In this document: positions 31,039-41,832 of the stretch, one piece after another
Position numbering within the stretch: position 1 is the stretch's first letter
Layout of the letters: every line of letters starts with the position of its first letter
From: Savitreella phatthalungensis
Lineage: Eukaryota
Assembly (NCBI GenBank): GCA_051599415.1
Contig: AP039703.1
Coordinates: 248,001 to 312,000, forward strand
Length of the DNA: 64,000 nt
Direction of reading: 5' to 3'
Made by a program: the position numbers and the translations under genes
Notes under the pieces: model-generated
The model's input: only the letters and a program-made list of their open reading frames with translations
What the model was told of the DNA's origin: nothing
The model's database searches: none

Positions 31039-32291
31039 GAGTCTATGGCCTTGCGCAACGACTTCAGGACGTCATGCGAGCAAGTCTCGTACAGCGCATC
31101 GGTGTCCCAATGGTCAGCGTTTCTGCAGCCAAGCGCGCTCATGATTATGTACAAAACCCTCTGGCATCGACGATAGTTATTCGGCACTGCCCAACCCCCT
31201 GCTCACGACATGTATATCAATGTACATCAGCTGAAATTCACGAGTATTGATGGACGTCATTAAGCTTGATTAAGCTTGTGTGCATCTGGCTCGCCATGTG
31301 ATCAGAGACTGTAGCAGCCATTTGCCCCTTTGTATGGCTTCGACATGACTACTACATTGCTTCGACGAGTCAGGCGGCCCTATCATAGCGCAATTCTTGT
31401 CGTTCGGAAGCTATGGTCAATGGTCTTGAGGTGGAAGATTTGATGATTGAACAGACTTGTACCCACATAGCTCATATCGAAACCTCTAAAGGAAAAAGTC
31501 ATCCAGGGTGAAAAGCACGTGTATCCACAGGAGCATCCTCATTCAAGGCCATAAAAGAAGAGCCTGAATATATGAATTAGGGAAAATCAGGCGCGTCGCG
31601 TCTAGGTTTCTTTGTAGAAATAATCGCTTGACCAAAAGTGAGTCAAGGCTGCATTAGAAATAAGCCTTTGAGATTTACCAATTTATCCCTGAAATTGATC
31701 AATCGAGTAAATTCAGAATTCAGGTTCAGCCGAACATGATTCGAACTGTATGCACGTAACCAATCACATATTGATCCTCAAATCATCAGTCCATCCAATC
31801 TGCCGGACTGCTCCGTACGTTGATTATAATCAGCAGAGCGATAAAGTTCACCAACGAATTTTTTTTTCTTTTCTTCCTCTTCCTGAATCGAAGCTGTAGG
31901 AGGAGCTAATGCACGAGTGAGAGAGCACGGGTTCTTCCAGTGTAACCTTTACTGTACCACCTGCCTACCTATTCTACCTACAGCCAAGCTACCCTCATAC
32001 ACACTCTCTCGTACACACGCTCACTCTCTGACTTTCCTCTCCGGTACAGCCAGTCTCCTCGACTACCACCCAGTCTGGTGACCAGACTTTCCTCCTCTAG
32101 GTCGATCCTGAATCCTGCTACAATCCTCGTACGAGCCTCGCCTCCAGCCACTGTCTCGTGCCGTCCAGTTGCAAACATCCTTCGCTCCACGAGCTGTGTC
32201 ATCTGAATCACTCTGTACACAAGAGTGCAGAGTATATCACCCATTCTTCACCCTTCGTCTGAGCAGTTGTCAATTCGACAGCTGCTTCTCC

Positions 32292-34484
32292 ATGCTAAGG
32301 AGCCTCGTTCGTGGTTCCTCGCGGATCCCTCACCTCACAAGGTCGAGAGCACTAGCTTCTCGTCCTCATCTCGCTTCCACACCTTTCATAGTAGCTCCTC
32401 GGCTACTCCGTACAACTGCACTCGCTTCGCCCTTTACTCGCTCCTTCTCTTGTACATCTGCAAACATGGCCGCCCAGAAGATTGACGGCAATGCCATCGC
32501 CAAGGACATTCGCAATGACATCAACAAGCAGATTTCTGAGCAGCAGGCCCGCAACCCAACCTTCAAGCCCTCCCTGGCCATCATTCAGGTCGGTGAGCGT
32601 TCTGACTCGACCAGCTATGTCAGCATGAAGGCAAAGGCAGCAGCAGAGGCAAACATTGTATTCGACCACGTCAAGCTGCCAGAAGACATCTCTCAGGCTG
32701 CCCTGTTGTCCAAGATCAACGAGCTTAACAACGACGTCTCCGTCCACGGCATCCTCGTGCAGCTGCCCATCCCCGGACACCTCGACGAGCACGCCATCAC
32801 AGGCGCAGTCTCCCCGCTCAAGGACGTCGACGGCTTCGGTGCAGGTAACATCGGTGAGCTAGCCAAGAAGGGTGGCAAGCCACTCTTCATCCCCTGCACT
32901 CCTCGTGGCGTTATGGTCCTGCTTGAGAAGGTCGGTGTCGATGTTCGTGGCAAGAACGCCGTCGTGCTCGGTCGTTCTGACATTGTCGGAGCCCCGGTCT
33001 CGTACCTTCTTCGCAATGCCGATGCCACCGTCACCGTCTGCCACTCCAAGACACAGAACCTCGAGGAGGTCGTGCGCAATGCAGACATCGTCATCGCAGC
33101 TATCGGTCGCGCAGAGTTTGTCAAGGGCTCGTGGATCAAGGAAGGCGCTGTCGTCATCGACGTTGGCGTCAACTTCATCGACGACAGCTCGAAGAAGTCT
33201 GGCCAGCGTCTGGTTGGCGATGTCGAGTACGAGGCTGCTGCCGCCAAGGCTTCCTTCATCACACCTGTGCCTGGAGGCGTCGGTCCGATGACTGTCGCCA
33301 TGCTCATGGAGAACGTCTTTGAGGCTGCCCAGCGCTCATTCGTCTCGGGCGGCAAGAACTTCAAGCCTTTGCCCTTGTCGCCACTGAAGAACGTGCCCTC
33401 AGACATTGAGGTCGCTCGCTCTCAGACTCCCAAGCACATCTCCGTTCTGGCCAAGGAACTCGGCATCAAGGACGAGGAGCTTGAGATGTATGGCGCATAC
33501 AAGGCCAAGATCTCGCTCGACGTTCTCGGTCGCTACCAGCACAAGAAGGATGGCAAGTATGTCGTCGTCACCGGCATCACACCAACGCCCCTCGGTGAGG
33601 GCAAATCGACCACTGTCATGGGTCTTGTCCAGGCTCTCGGCGCACACCTCGGCAAGACCGCTTATGCGTGCTGCCGTCAGCCATCGCAGGGTCCCACCTT
33701 CGGTATCAAGGGTGGTGCCGCAGGAGGTGGTTACGCACAGGTCATTCCAATGGAGGAGTTCAACCTGCACTTGACGGGTGATATCCACGCCATCACCGCC
33801 GCTAACAACCTGCTCGCCGCCGCCATCGACACTCGCATCTTCCACGAGAACACTCAGAAGGACAAGGCCCTCTTCAGCCGTCTGACACCTGCGAAGAAGG
33901 GTGTGCGCTCGTTTGCACCCGTCATGCTCCGCCGTCTGAAGAAGCTTGGCATCAACAAGACGAAGCCAGAGGAGCTGACTGAGGAGGAGGCTGCTCGATT
34001 CGCTCGCCTCGACATCGACCCAAGCACTATAACCTGGCAGCGCGTGCTCGATGTCAACGACCGTTTCTTGCGCAAGATCACCGTCGGCCAGGCTGCAACT
34101 GAGAAGGGCATGACTCGCGAGACCGGATTCGATATCTCCGTCGCTTCTGAGATTATGTCGGTGCTCACGCTGTCGACCGATCTCGCTGACATGCGTGAGC
34201 GCCTCGGCCGAATGGTCGTTGCCTCTTCACGCGCAGGAGAGCCAATCACTGCGGACGACATCGGCATTGGAGGTGCTCTGACCGTCCTCATGAAGGACAC
34301 GATCAAGCCTAACCTGATGCAGACGCTCGAGGGCACACCCGTGCTCGTCCATGCAGGTCCGTTCGCCAACATTTCGATCGGTCAGAACTCGATCATTGCC
34401 GACCGCATTGCTCTGAAGCTTGCCGGTACCGCAAACGAGCAGGAAGAGGCCGGCTACGTCGTTACTGAGGCCGGTTTTGGTGCA

Positions 34485-34519
<35 letters not shown>

Positions 34520-35273
34520 CCGTGCCTCTGGCCTGAAGCCAGACGCTGTCGTGCTCGTTGCCACCATCAAGGCGCTCAAGATGCACGGTGGCGGCCCCGA
34601 AGTTACGCCAGGCAAGCCGCTCGACGAGGTCTACCGCACGGAGAACGTCGACCTTGTCACCAAGGGTTGCGAGAACCTTGCTCGTCACATCCAGAATGCT
34701 CAGAAGTTTGGTGTCCCTGTCGTGGTTGCGATCAACCAGTTTTCGACCGACACACAGGCCGAGGTGGATGCAGTCCGGAAGGCTGCCCTTGAGGCAGGTG
34801 CGCTCGACGCCGTCCGTGCCAACCACTGGGCCGAAGGTGGTGCCGGTGCAAAGGAGCTCGGCGAGGCTGTCATTCGCGCATGCGACCAGCCAAACAATTT
34901 CCGCTTCCTGTACGACGAGAAGGCCAGCATCGCTGAGAAGATCGAGACCATCTGCCGTGAGATGTACCACGCAGACGGAATCGAGATCTCCGAGCTCGCT
35001 CAGCAGCGTATCGCCACCATGGAGCGCCAGGGCTTCGGCAATCTCCCAGTCTGCATCGCCAAGACGCAGTACTCCTTCAGCGCTGACCCGTCAAAGAAGG
35101 GCGCACCGACCGGATTCACCGTCCCGATCCGCGACATCCGTCTTTCTGCTGGTGCAGGATTCGTCTACCCGCTCGCTGCCGAAATCCAGACAATCCCCGG
35201 TCTGCCAACCCTACCGGCCTACTACAACATCGACATTGACCAGGAGACTGGCGAGATCGAGGGTCTCTTCTAA
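32292..35273 (+). CDS. ADE3: Trifunctional C1-tetrahydrofolate synthase (Ade3/Mis1 type); mitochondrial-presequence start at 32292, second in-frame ATG at 32466
   Basis: [76 protein letters not shown]-terminal IEGLF. Confidence 0.96.
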
Positions 35274-37030
35274 GCGCGAACTGGCCATGTGACACGTGCA
35301 CAAACACAGGTGTACGCACCACCAGTTCAAATTCAGTTCAACCTATCGAGCAGGAATTCCACGGGGGACTATGCTGTCAAGAAGGCTTTCATGACCTGTC
35401 CTCTGTCTTCCTCTCATCTCATCTTGATTTCAACCTTTCCAAACCCTTTTTTCATTTTCATGACTCTTGATTGACGGCTGGAGTCCCATTGCCAGCTCAG
35501 TCCTCTGACGACCTTCAACAATAACTCACAAGACTATCAAAACTTCACCAACCCTTCTTCTATCACAGCACCATTCCACATCCTTTCTACCATCTCACCT
35601 ACTGAATTCTTCTATCGCTAGAGATAGAAAAAGGCAGAAAAAACAACGAGGGTTCACCTACTACAACGGACACTCTGACTTATTCAACACTTTATCGGAC
35701 TCGATGATATAGCCTGCTTAGATTACCATCTGAATCCCAATCCACTTTCAACAGAAATACCTCATTGTCCTTGAGGTGATCTATCGCTTCAGCATTTGCG
35801 GGACATGAAATTGTGTATTGTGATGGAGGCGATCGACAGATCCTTTTTTTCGGAACTATACGGTACGGTACTACTCTTCATCCTCATGATCTTCGGAATT
35901 TTGATTGAGAAAGTCCGCGGTGGAAATCCCGACCTGATTTGTGACCACGCGATTTGTAGATCTGTCCGTGAGCGAGATTGGTGATTGAGTGTGGGGATGA
36001 ACAAGACTAACAATGGAATAGTGGGAAGGATGAAGTAGGAGGAAGATCGACAATTACCATGCTTGCTTACTCTGATTGATTTCTTCCATAGGGCGTGCGG
36101 ATCCCAAGCTTGATGAAGACGTCGATCATTCTACATCGGCTTTCTCCACGTGCCATCCGAAAATCCTTCTCCCGCAGATACACACATGCACCTACCTGCC
36201 TAATCCACAGTCAGATCCCTCAAGCATATACACGTATGTCAATCATGGGCCCGTACAGTGCGTGTATATCACGCGTGGATGAACCTCACTTGCTGACAGA
36301 CCCATGTGTTCACCAATGTCGCTTCCTTGCCGATGACGTTTCGCTTGCAGCAGCGATATTCTCTTCATGACATGACTCATCCGCTTTGCAGAAGAAAGAA
36401 AGTTTGACCTGAGATAGTTGGAGGGGTGGATGAGGAAATCGAGCTGGAATCTGTGGCCTTTCCAGCCAGAACCTTGGAACGGGTGACATGTGAAAGCGAG
36501 CCTCCTGTATTCTACTTTTACTGCCTACAGATTTTGCAGACCAAATGGAAATTCACGTTTCAGGGTTTTCATCCTCGACAGTCCATCCAATAGAAGTACA
36601 AGGTGGGAGAATAGATCTGAGAATCAAAGCCCGAGAGATTGATGGTGGCTTGGCGGATGGGCTGAGAGAGAGTATCTAATGTGTGTCTAGTCTAATATAG
36701 AGTTGACACGAGCTGATGCGATAGGCTAAGCAATCATCACCATATGGCTTCAAACAGGGACCAACACCCTTTCCAAACTATTCACAGACAAATCAGTTGG
36801 ATCATGCTCTCTTCCGTCAGACTAAATGCTTGAGACATAGGCGCAGAGTGAAACTCAACTCAACCCGGTATGAACCTTGTTTTCCCCTTTGACGTGATTA
36901 TTCCCATATCTGACCCGCGTGACAATCTGAAAACTCATTGTCTGAATCCAATAGAGGTCAAGAATGTTGTTGAGCTTTCCAAGGTAGAAAGAGATCGACC
37001 ATGAATCTGACGGGGATTCGATAAACACCT

Positions 37031-37071
37031 CAACTCAATCGACAACTCAATCGACAAGCCAATTGACAAGC
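37031..37071 (+). repeat. Tandem 12-bp repeat (CAACTCAATCGA x2 plus degenerate copies)
   Basis: caactcaatcga-caactcaatcga-caagccaattga-caagc. Confidence 0.75.
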
Positions 37072-37849
37072 TTTCGGTAAGACGGAAAGCCAAGCTCCAA
37101 CCCAAATAGCTCTATCTGGTGCTAAGTACGTGTACGTGCTAAATGGAAAAATCACCGCGGCCCAGTACGTGTCAGCAGACCCGCCTGTCGTAACCACGGC
37201 GATCCATCTGACCCACAAAAAGACTCAGACGTCTCTCGTGCCATCAACATCATCTGTCTCGTACGACAGGCTCGAGAACCATATCTTGGAACTACTCCGC
37301 TATCTGACAACTAGGCGTAAAGTGTTCCATCTTGGGCACAGACGACAGTGTGCTACGAGGAAATAAGAGCGCGTCGAATACTCATAAAGAGGCGCAGCAC
37401 CAAAAAATACCCCGATCGCTTGCCTATTCCGCCTGCCTGTCTTTGACCGAGGGTGAACCACAACTCTCGTGTGCCAAGACCCGCTAGCAACCGCGACCTT
37501 GAAACTCAGGTCTTGAGTCTTTGTCTCTCACAAATCGACCTGCCCACCTCAACACACACCTAGGCACATACATATACACACGCGCAGCCCTGTAACAAGA
37601 GGTGCATCCGTGTCGGTGTGTTTCAGCTCGTGCGTGTGACCTGAAGGGCTGCACGGTCATTGAGCAACACTTAATCTACTTGAGACAGACACGTGGGCTT
37701 ACCCGCTTGATCTAGCCAGCACGCCAGGGCAGGACAACCTGGAGATTTCGCCCGGCCATTTTTATACTCAGGACATTCTGGACCTCAGTTCTGTGAGTCA
37801 GTAGAAGCTAGCCACGACGGCATCGACCACGAGAGAGACCACGATCGAC

Positions 37850-38857
37850 ATGGTGGCAATGCTACATCCCGCAGACGCTCCCGTACGACGCTTGGACGCC
37901 CGGGACGGTGTCTCCGGCGGATTCAGTATACCAACAGGAGCTGGACGTCCCTCACAACATCACTCACACCCGTTGAAAGACGACGGTGAACGGAGGCCGT
38001 CGATGCACGAACGCGAACTGAGCGCGAGCAGTTGCTCTTCTGCAGCCAGCTCACTATCCTCATCCCCCACCACCCCACACGAATCCCACTTCACAACACA
38101 AGCACCTCCCCTCTCACCCAATACAAAGGCCGTACAGACAGACGATATTGACGACTCGGACGACTCGCGGCCGAGATCGAGCTCAGTGCTTTCGATCGAC
38201 TCAAACGGAGGCGGTTGTGAGATTGCAGAAGAGAACACAGAACGACGTCGGTCATCTACGGGTGCTCCAGCCAGGGTCTGGTCATCATGGAAGGAGGAAT
38301 TGCTCGATCGATGTGTTCGCTACTATGCCCGTGACAGGGCAATCCTTCCAGAATCTTCAACAGAGCGTGGTCTTGTCGAAGACGTCTGCGCTGCCCTCGC
38401 CAGAGTCAATAGCTCGGCAAAGACAGAGCTGCTCAAGCGGCAAGCCCTTGCAACCCATTTCGGCTACACCAGAACCCCAGGCTCCCCAATCCTCTTGGCA
38501 AGTCCGTCAGGATCACTCAGACGGCGTTCATCTGCGCAAACGACAGCTGACGGTAGCGTCAGCGGCGGTGGTGATCGCAGATCGTCAGATTGTCCTTCGG
38601 TCGCGCTGGCAGGCGAGGACGATCCGCTAGGCGTTGCTGCCGAGATTGCCCAGCGGGAATTCGAAACCTGCTTTCGCCGACGTCTCCAAGCTCAAAAGGT
38701 CTCTGCAAACGCGACCTCCTCAGACCACCCACTTCTCCTCCCGCCCGCGTACGACCCCACCCCCAAAGACGACCCAGCACAAATCCTGGCGGCCAAGGAG
38801 TGGGATCTCCTAGTGGCCAAACTAGTCCACGACGTCTACGTCAAGCGTCTCCGATAG
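37850..38857 (+). CDS. Hypothetical Ser-rich protein, 335 aa
   Basis: Long ATG-initiated ORF with RRxS phospho-like sites and short helical blocks (WKEELLDRCVRYY; KEWDLLVAKLVHDVYV). No family recognised. Confidence 0.7.
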   Translation: MVAMLHPADAPVRRLDARDGVSGGFSIPTGAGRPSQHHSHPLKDDGERRPSMHERELSASSCSSAASSLSSSPTTPHESHFTTQAPPLSPNTKAVQTDDIDDSDDSRPRSSSVLSIDSNGGGCEIAEENTERRRSSTGAPARVWSSWKEELLDRCVRYYARDRAILPESSTERGLVEDVCAALARVNSSAKTELLKRQALATHFGYTRTPGSPILLASPSGSLRRRSSAQTTADGSVSGGGDRRSSDCPSVALAGEDDPLGVAAEIAQREFETCFRRRLQAQKVSANATSSDHPLLLPPAYDPTPKDDPAQILAAKEWDLLVAKLVHDVYVKRLR

Positions 38858-38958
38858 ACTTTACACCGCGCATCCGAATTATCGATGCAACCATATACAG
38901 TACATATATACATTCATACACATCTTTTTCCGTGTTTCTGTCCTGTGCGGCGAGCGCA

Positions 38959-39264
38959 CTAGTGAGCACCTCCGGGGAGCGGGTCGTTAGGACGGAGTGC
39001 TTTGGCTGCGGTGTGCGCCATCTCGATGACTCGTGGTCGGATCCCCTCGAGATTGTGCAAGGGTGGAGTGAAAGGGACGTGGTACCGGGTCGACCGAGCC
39101 TCAGCACCGTCAGCGACAATCGTCATCCCAGCATCATCCAACTCGACCATCTGCGCACACCCAATCATCCCTCTATCCACACCGCAGTAGTACATCAGGT
39201 AGTCGCGCATGTTATGGGCGTGGTCCTTGTTCATGTGGGACATGATTCGATCCTTCGGCAGCAT
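38959..39264 (-). CDS. DUF2470-domain small protein
   Basis: RIMSHMNKDH..MRDYL, AQMVELDDAGMTI, VPFTPPL...IRPRVIEMA. Confidence 0.85.
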   Translation of the reverse strand: MLPKDRIMSHMNKDHAHNMRDYLMYYCGVDRGMIGCAQMVELDDAGMTIVADGAEARSTRYHVPFTPPLHNLEGIRPRVIEMAHTAAKALRPNDPLPGGAH

Positions 39265-39481
39265 TTCTTTCCTCGATTGACCTAGTGGCAATCTGTGTGG
39301 AAGGCGTCTTGACGTTGGTCCTCCTTGCTTGTCAAATCGTCATGAAACCCGGCATCATGCATGCGCATGCGTGCGCACGGATCAAAATCAATCACAAATT
39401 CAGATTACACGTCTACGAGATCTTGTGAAATTTGTTTGTTGTAGCAACGGGTTTGACGCGCACCTCCAAAGAGAGAGAGAC

Positions 39482-40165
39482 ATGGCAGGCGGTGCAACGA
39501 CGACTGGTGGTAGTGGTAGTGCGGAGGATGCGCCGACACGATCGACGTTGTCGCTGAAAGGAAGTGCGAAGACGGTGTCGGAGTTCTTCGAGTACTCGAT
39601 CAACACGCTGCTGTACCAGCGAGGGGTGTACCCGCCAGAGGACTTCAAGATCGTCAAGAAGTACGGCCTCAACATGCTCGTCACAATCGACGACCAAGTC
39701 AAGCGGTACATCCGAAAAATCCTCCACCAGATACACAAGTGGATCGGCCAGAAGAAGATACACAAGCTGGTGGTGTGCATCGTGGATAAGGAGACAGCGG
39801 ATGTGGTTGAGAGGTGGCAGTTCGATGTGGATGTGTGCGAGCCGCAGCAGGGTGGGGAGGGTGGCGGGGTGGAGGTGAAGCTGAGGGATGAGGTGGAGGT
39901 GACAAGGGAGATCCAGTCGCTGGTGAGGCAGATCACGGCTAGTGTCACATTCTTGCCAGAGCTTAGGGGTACGGTCACCTTCAACGTCCTCGTCTACACA
40001 GGTCTCGCAGGGCAGGACGCAGCGCCGGAAGACTGGGTCGATAGTGATGCAAGGGATCTCGCCAACGATGCAGCAGAAAGGGTTCAGCTCAGGTCATTCT
40101 CAACGGGAGCACACAAAGTCGCCGTCCAGGTCGCATATGCGCTCGACGATGGCCTCGCAGTATGA
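39482..40165 (+). CDS. MAD2: Spindle checkpoint HORMA protein Mad2
   Basis: LSLKGSAKTVSEFFEYSINTLLYQRGVYPPEDF..VKKYGL, VERWQFD, RQITASVTFLP, VQLRSFST..HKV. Confidence 0.97.
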   Translation: MAGGATTTGGSGSAEDAPTRSTLSLKGSAKTVSEFFEYSINTLLYQRGVYPPEDFKIVKKYGLNMLVTIDDQVKRYIRKILHQIHKWIGQKKIHKLVVCIVDKETADVVERWQFDVDVCEPQQGGEGGGVEVKLRDEVEVTREIQSLVRQITASVTFLPELRGTVTFNVLVYTGLAGQDAAPEDWVDSDARDLANDAAERVQLRSFSTGAHKVAVQVAYALDDGLAV

Positions 40166-40293
40166 GCTCACGGCAATGTGGGAACATGGTCCGCGATTTG
40201 TATATTTCTTTCTCTTCATCTCTTATCGTCATGTCATTACGTACGTACATCGGGCTGCATTCCGCAAAAGCGCAGGCGTTTTCTGATTTGTGT

Positions 40294-41301
40294 TTATAGC
40301 TCGTCGCGAAGGACCGAGCCGTGGTGCACAGGGATATCTGGGAATTGGTTGCGACGGCGATCACGCCAGCTTTGAACAATTGATGCGTTTAGGATTGGCA
40401 TTGGCCGCTCGCTGACTTGCACATCGGCCTTTGCGTTCGAGCCGAAGAAGTCAGTCACCTTGACCGTGTCGAGCGGTCTGTTGAAAAGATCTGTCCGTAC
40501 ACCAGGCTGGGAATTGCACCTGTCAAAATCGACATAGTCAAATTGGTCCTTCAGGGTTGCCGTCGATCCACCGTCCTGCACAAACCGCTCGAGGAACTCA
40601 AGATGGTAGTAGGTGTATCGATCGATCACAGAGACACCGATGTCCATATCGGAGTGGTGAGAGTAGGATGACTCGCCAAGCTCAGAAGACCCCGTAGCCA
40701 GGATGTTGGGCGAGTAGAAACGAGAATACATCGTGTTTGCTTGGCAGGTGTCGATCATGAACAGAATCTCGTTGTATCGACGTGCTTCGTGCATCTGTGC
40801 GAGCGCGTCTGCAATATCAAAAGCGGAGATCTCCTCAGCATCCTGGAACTTGAGAAATTCGTTGCCGCCATGGCCTGCCATGTAGATAAGGATATTCGAA
40901 TTCTCGTCTGTCAAGAGCTTCTTAGAAGACGGGTGGTCTGGTCCCCAGCGATTTGTCAACAATCGAATGAAGTTCTCCACGGTGACTTCGTATCCACGGA
41001 AATCGACTTCGATGTTGTCGCCATAGAGATCAAGTGCTCTGTCTGCATTGTTGAAGACCGTGCCGGGGAATGCATTGCGCGGATTGCAAGCGATATCATC
41101 TGCCAGCATCAGGACAATCTGACTATCAGGAATTCCAAGACGCTTGACTGTCCTATACATAGACAACGCATTAGACATGTGTCTGTAATTGAACCAGAAT
41201 CGTGACGTGGATACGAGCACTGCCCAATTGTTGGTATGAGCTGCGAGCACATGGCCGAGCAAGGATATCCAAAGGACGATCGATGCATTATGTAACAGCA
41301 T
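40294..41301 (-). CDS. GPI8: GPI transamidase catalytic subunit (C13 peptidase), 335 aa, no C-terminal TM, ends RDEL
   Basis: Signal peptide followed by HTNNWAVLVSTSRFWFNYRH. Catalytic GHGG and DTCQA; SYSHHSD. Confidence 0.96.
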   Translation of the reverse strand: MLLHNASIVLWISLLGHVLAAHTNNWAVLVSTSRFWFNYRHMSNALSMYRTVKRLGIPDSQIVLMLADDIACNPRNAFPGTVFNNADRALDLYGDNIEVDFRGYEVTVENFIRLLTNRWGPDHPSSKKLLTDENSNILIYMAGHGGNEFLKFQDAEEISAFDIADALAQMHEARRYNEILFMIDTCQANTMYSRFYSPNILATGSSELGESSYSHHSDMDIGVSVIDRYTYYHLEFLERFVQDGGSTATLKDQFDYVDFDRCNSQPGVRTDLFNRPLDTVKVTDFFGSNAKADVQVSERPMPILNASIVQSWRDRRRNQFPDIPVHHGSVLRDEL

Positions 41302-41832
41302 GGCTGTCGCTGACGTGGATGAGTCCTTGAAGCACACTTCCTTTGACTTCTGGACGATATACGCGTATGCGTGTTTGAAGAGACGAGTGTCTTCGTGACC
41401 TGTGATCCAGCCGTCGTGCACGTGAATGTTTATTAATTTACAACGATTAAATTATTGTAGATCGCTGGTAAAAATCTGTTAGTAATTGGCTGCCAGAATT
41501 CAAGAAGCAGTTCTCGGCCGAGATCAAATAAGAATCAAACGTCAAGTATACACACGTACGTACACATACAGTCAACATCACACATAAACCCTCGCACACG
41601 CTCATAAGGTCGACAAGAGATACATCAGCGGCCAGAGTCAAAGTAAAGGAGCGCTTGCTTTCGTCTATAGTCGGACTTAGATCGGCTACAGTCGTGTAGG
41701 TAGTCGCTATCAGAGCAACTTTGCTACTTGCCACCGCAGCTTCCATCTCATCACAACCGAGAGGGCAACGAGCTCACAAGCATCCTTCAGATAAATCAGA
41801 GGTTCATCTCACACAGGGATCAGAGGCTCTTG

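Noticed and set aside
32169..32291. ORF-track N-terminal extensions from TTG/GTG starts (also TAF7, DYN2, MAD2, GPI8, NTH1, subtilase)
   Set aside because: Eukaryotic genes: the first in-frame ATG matches the expected N-terminus (signal peptide, presequence or conserved start) in each case.
35651..35661. GGTTCACCTAC, complementary to the 18S rRNA 3' end (possible U13/snR45-type guide)
   Set aside because: Only 11 nt, not adjacent to a D box, with no second guide or terminal stem. Matches of this length to some rRNA position are expected by chance.
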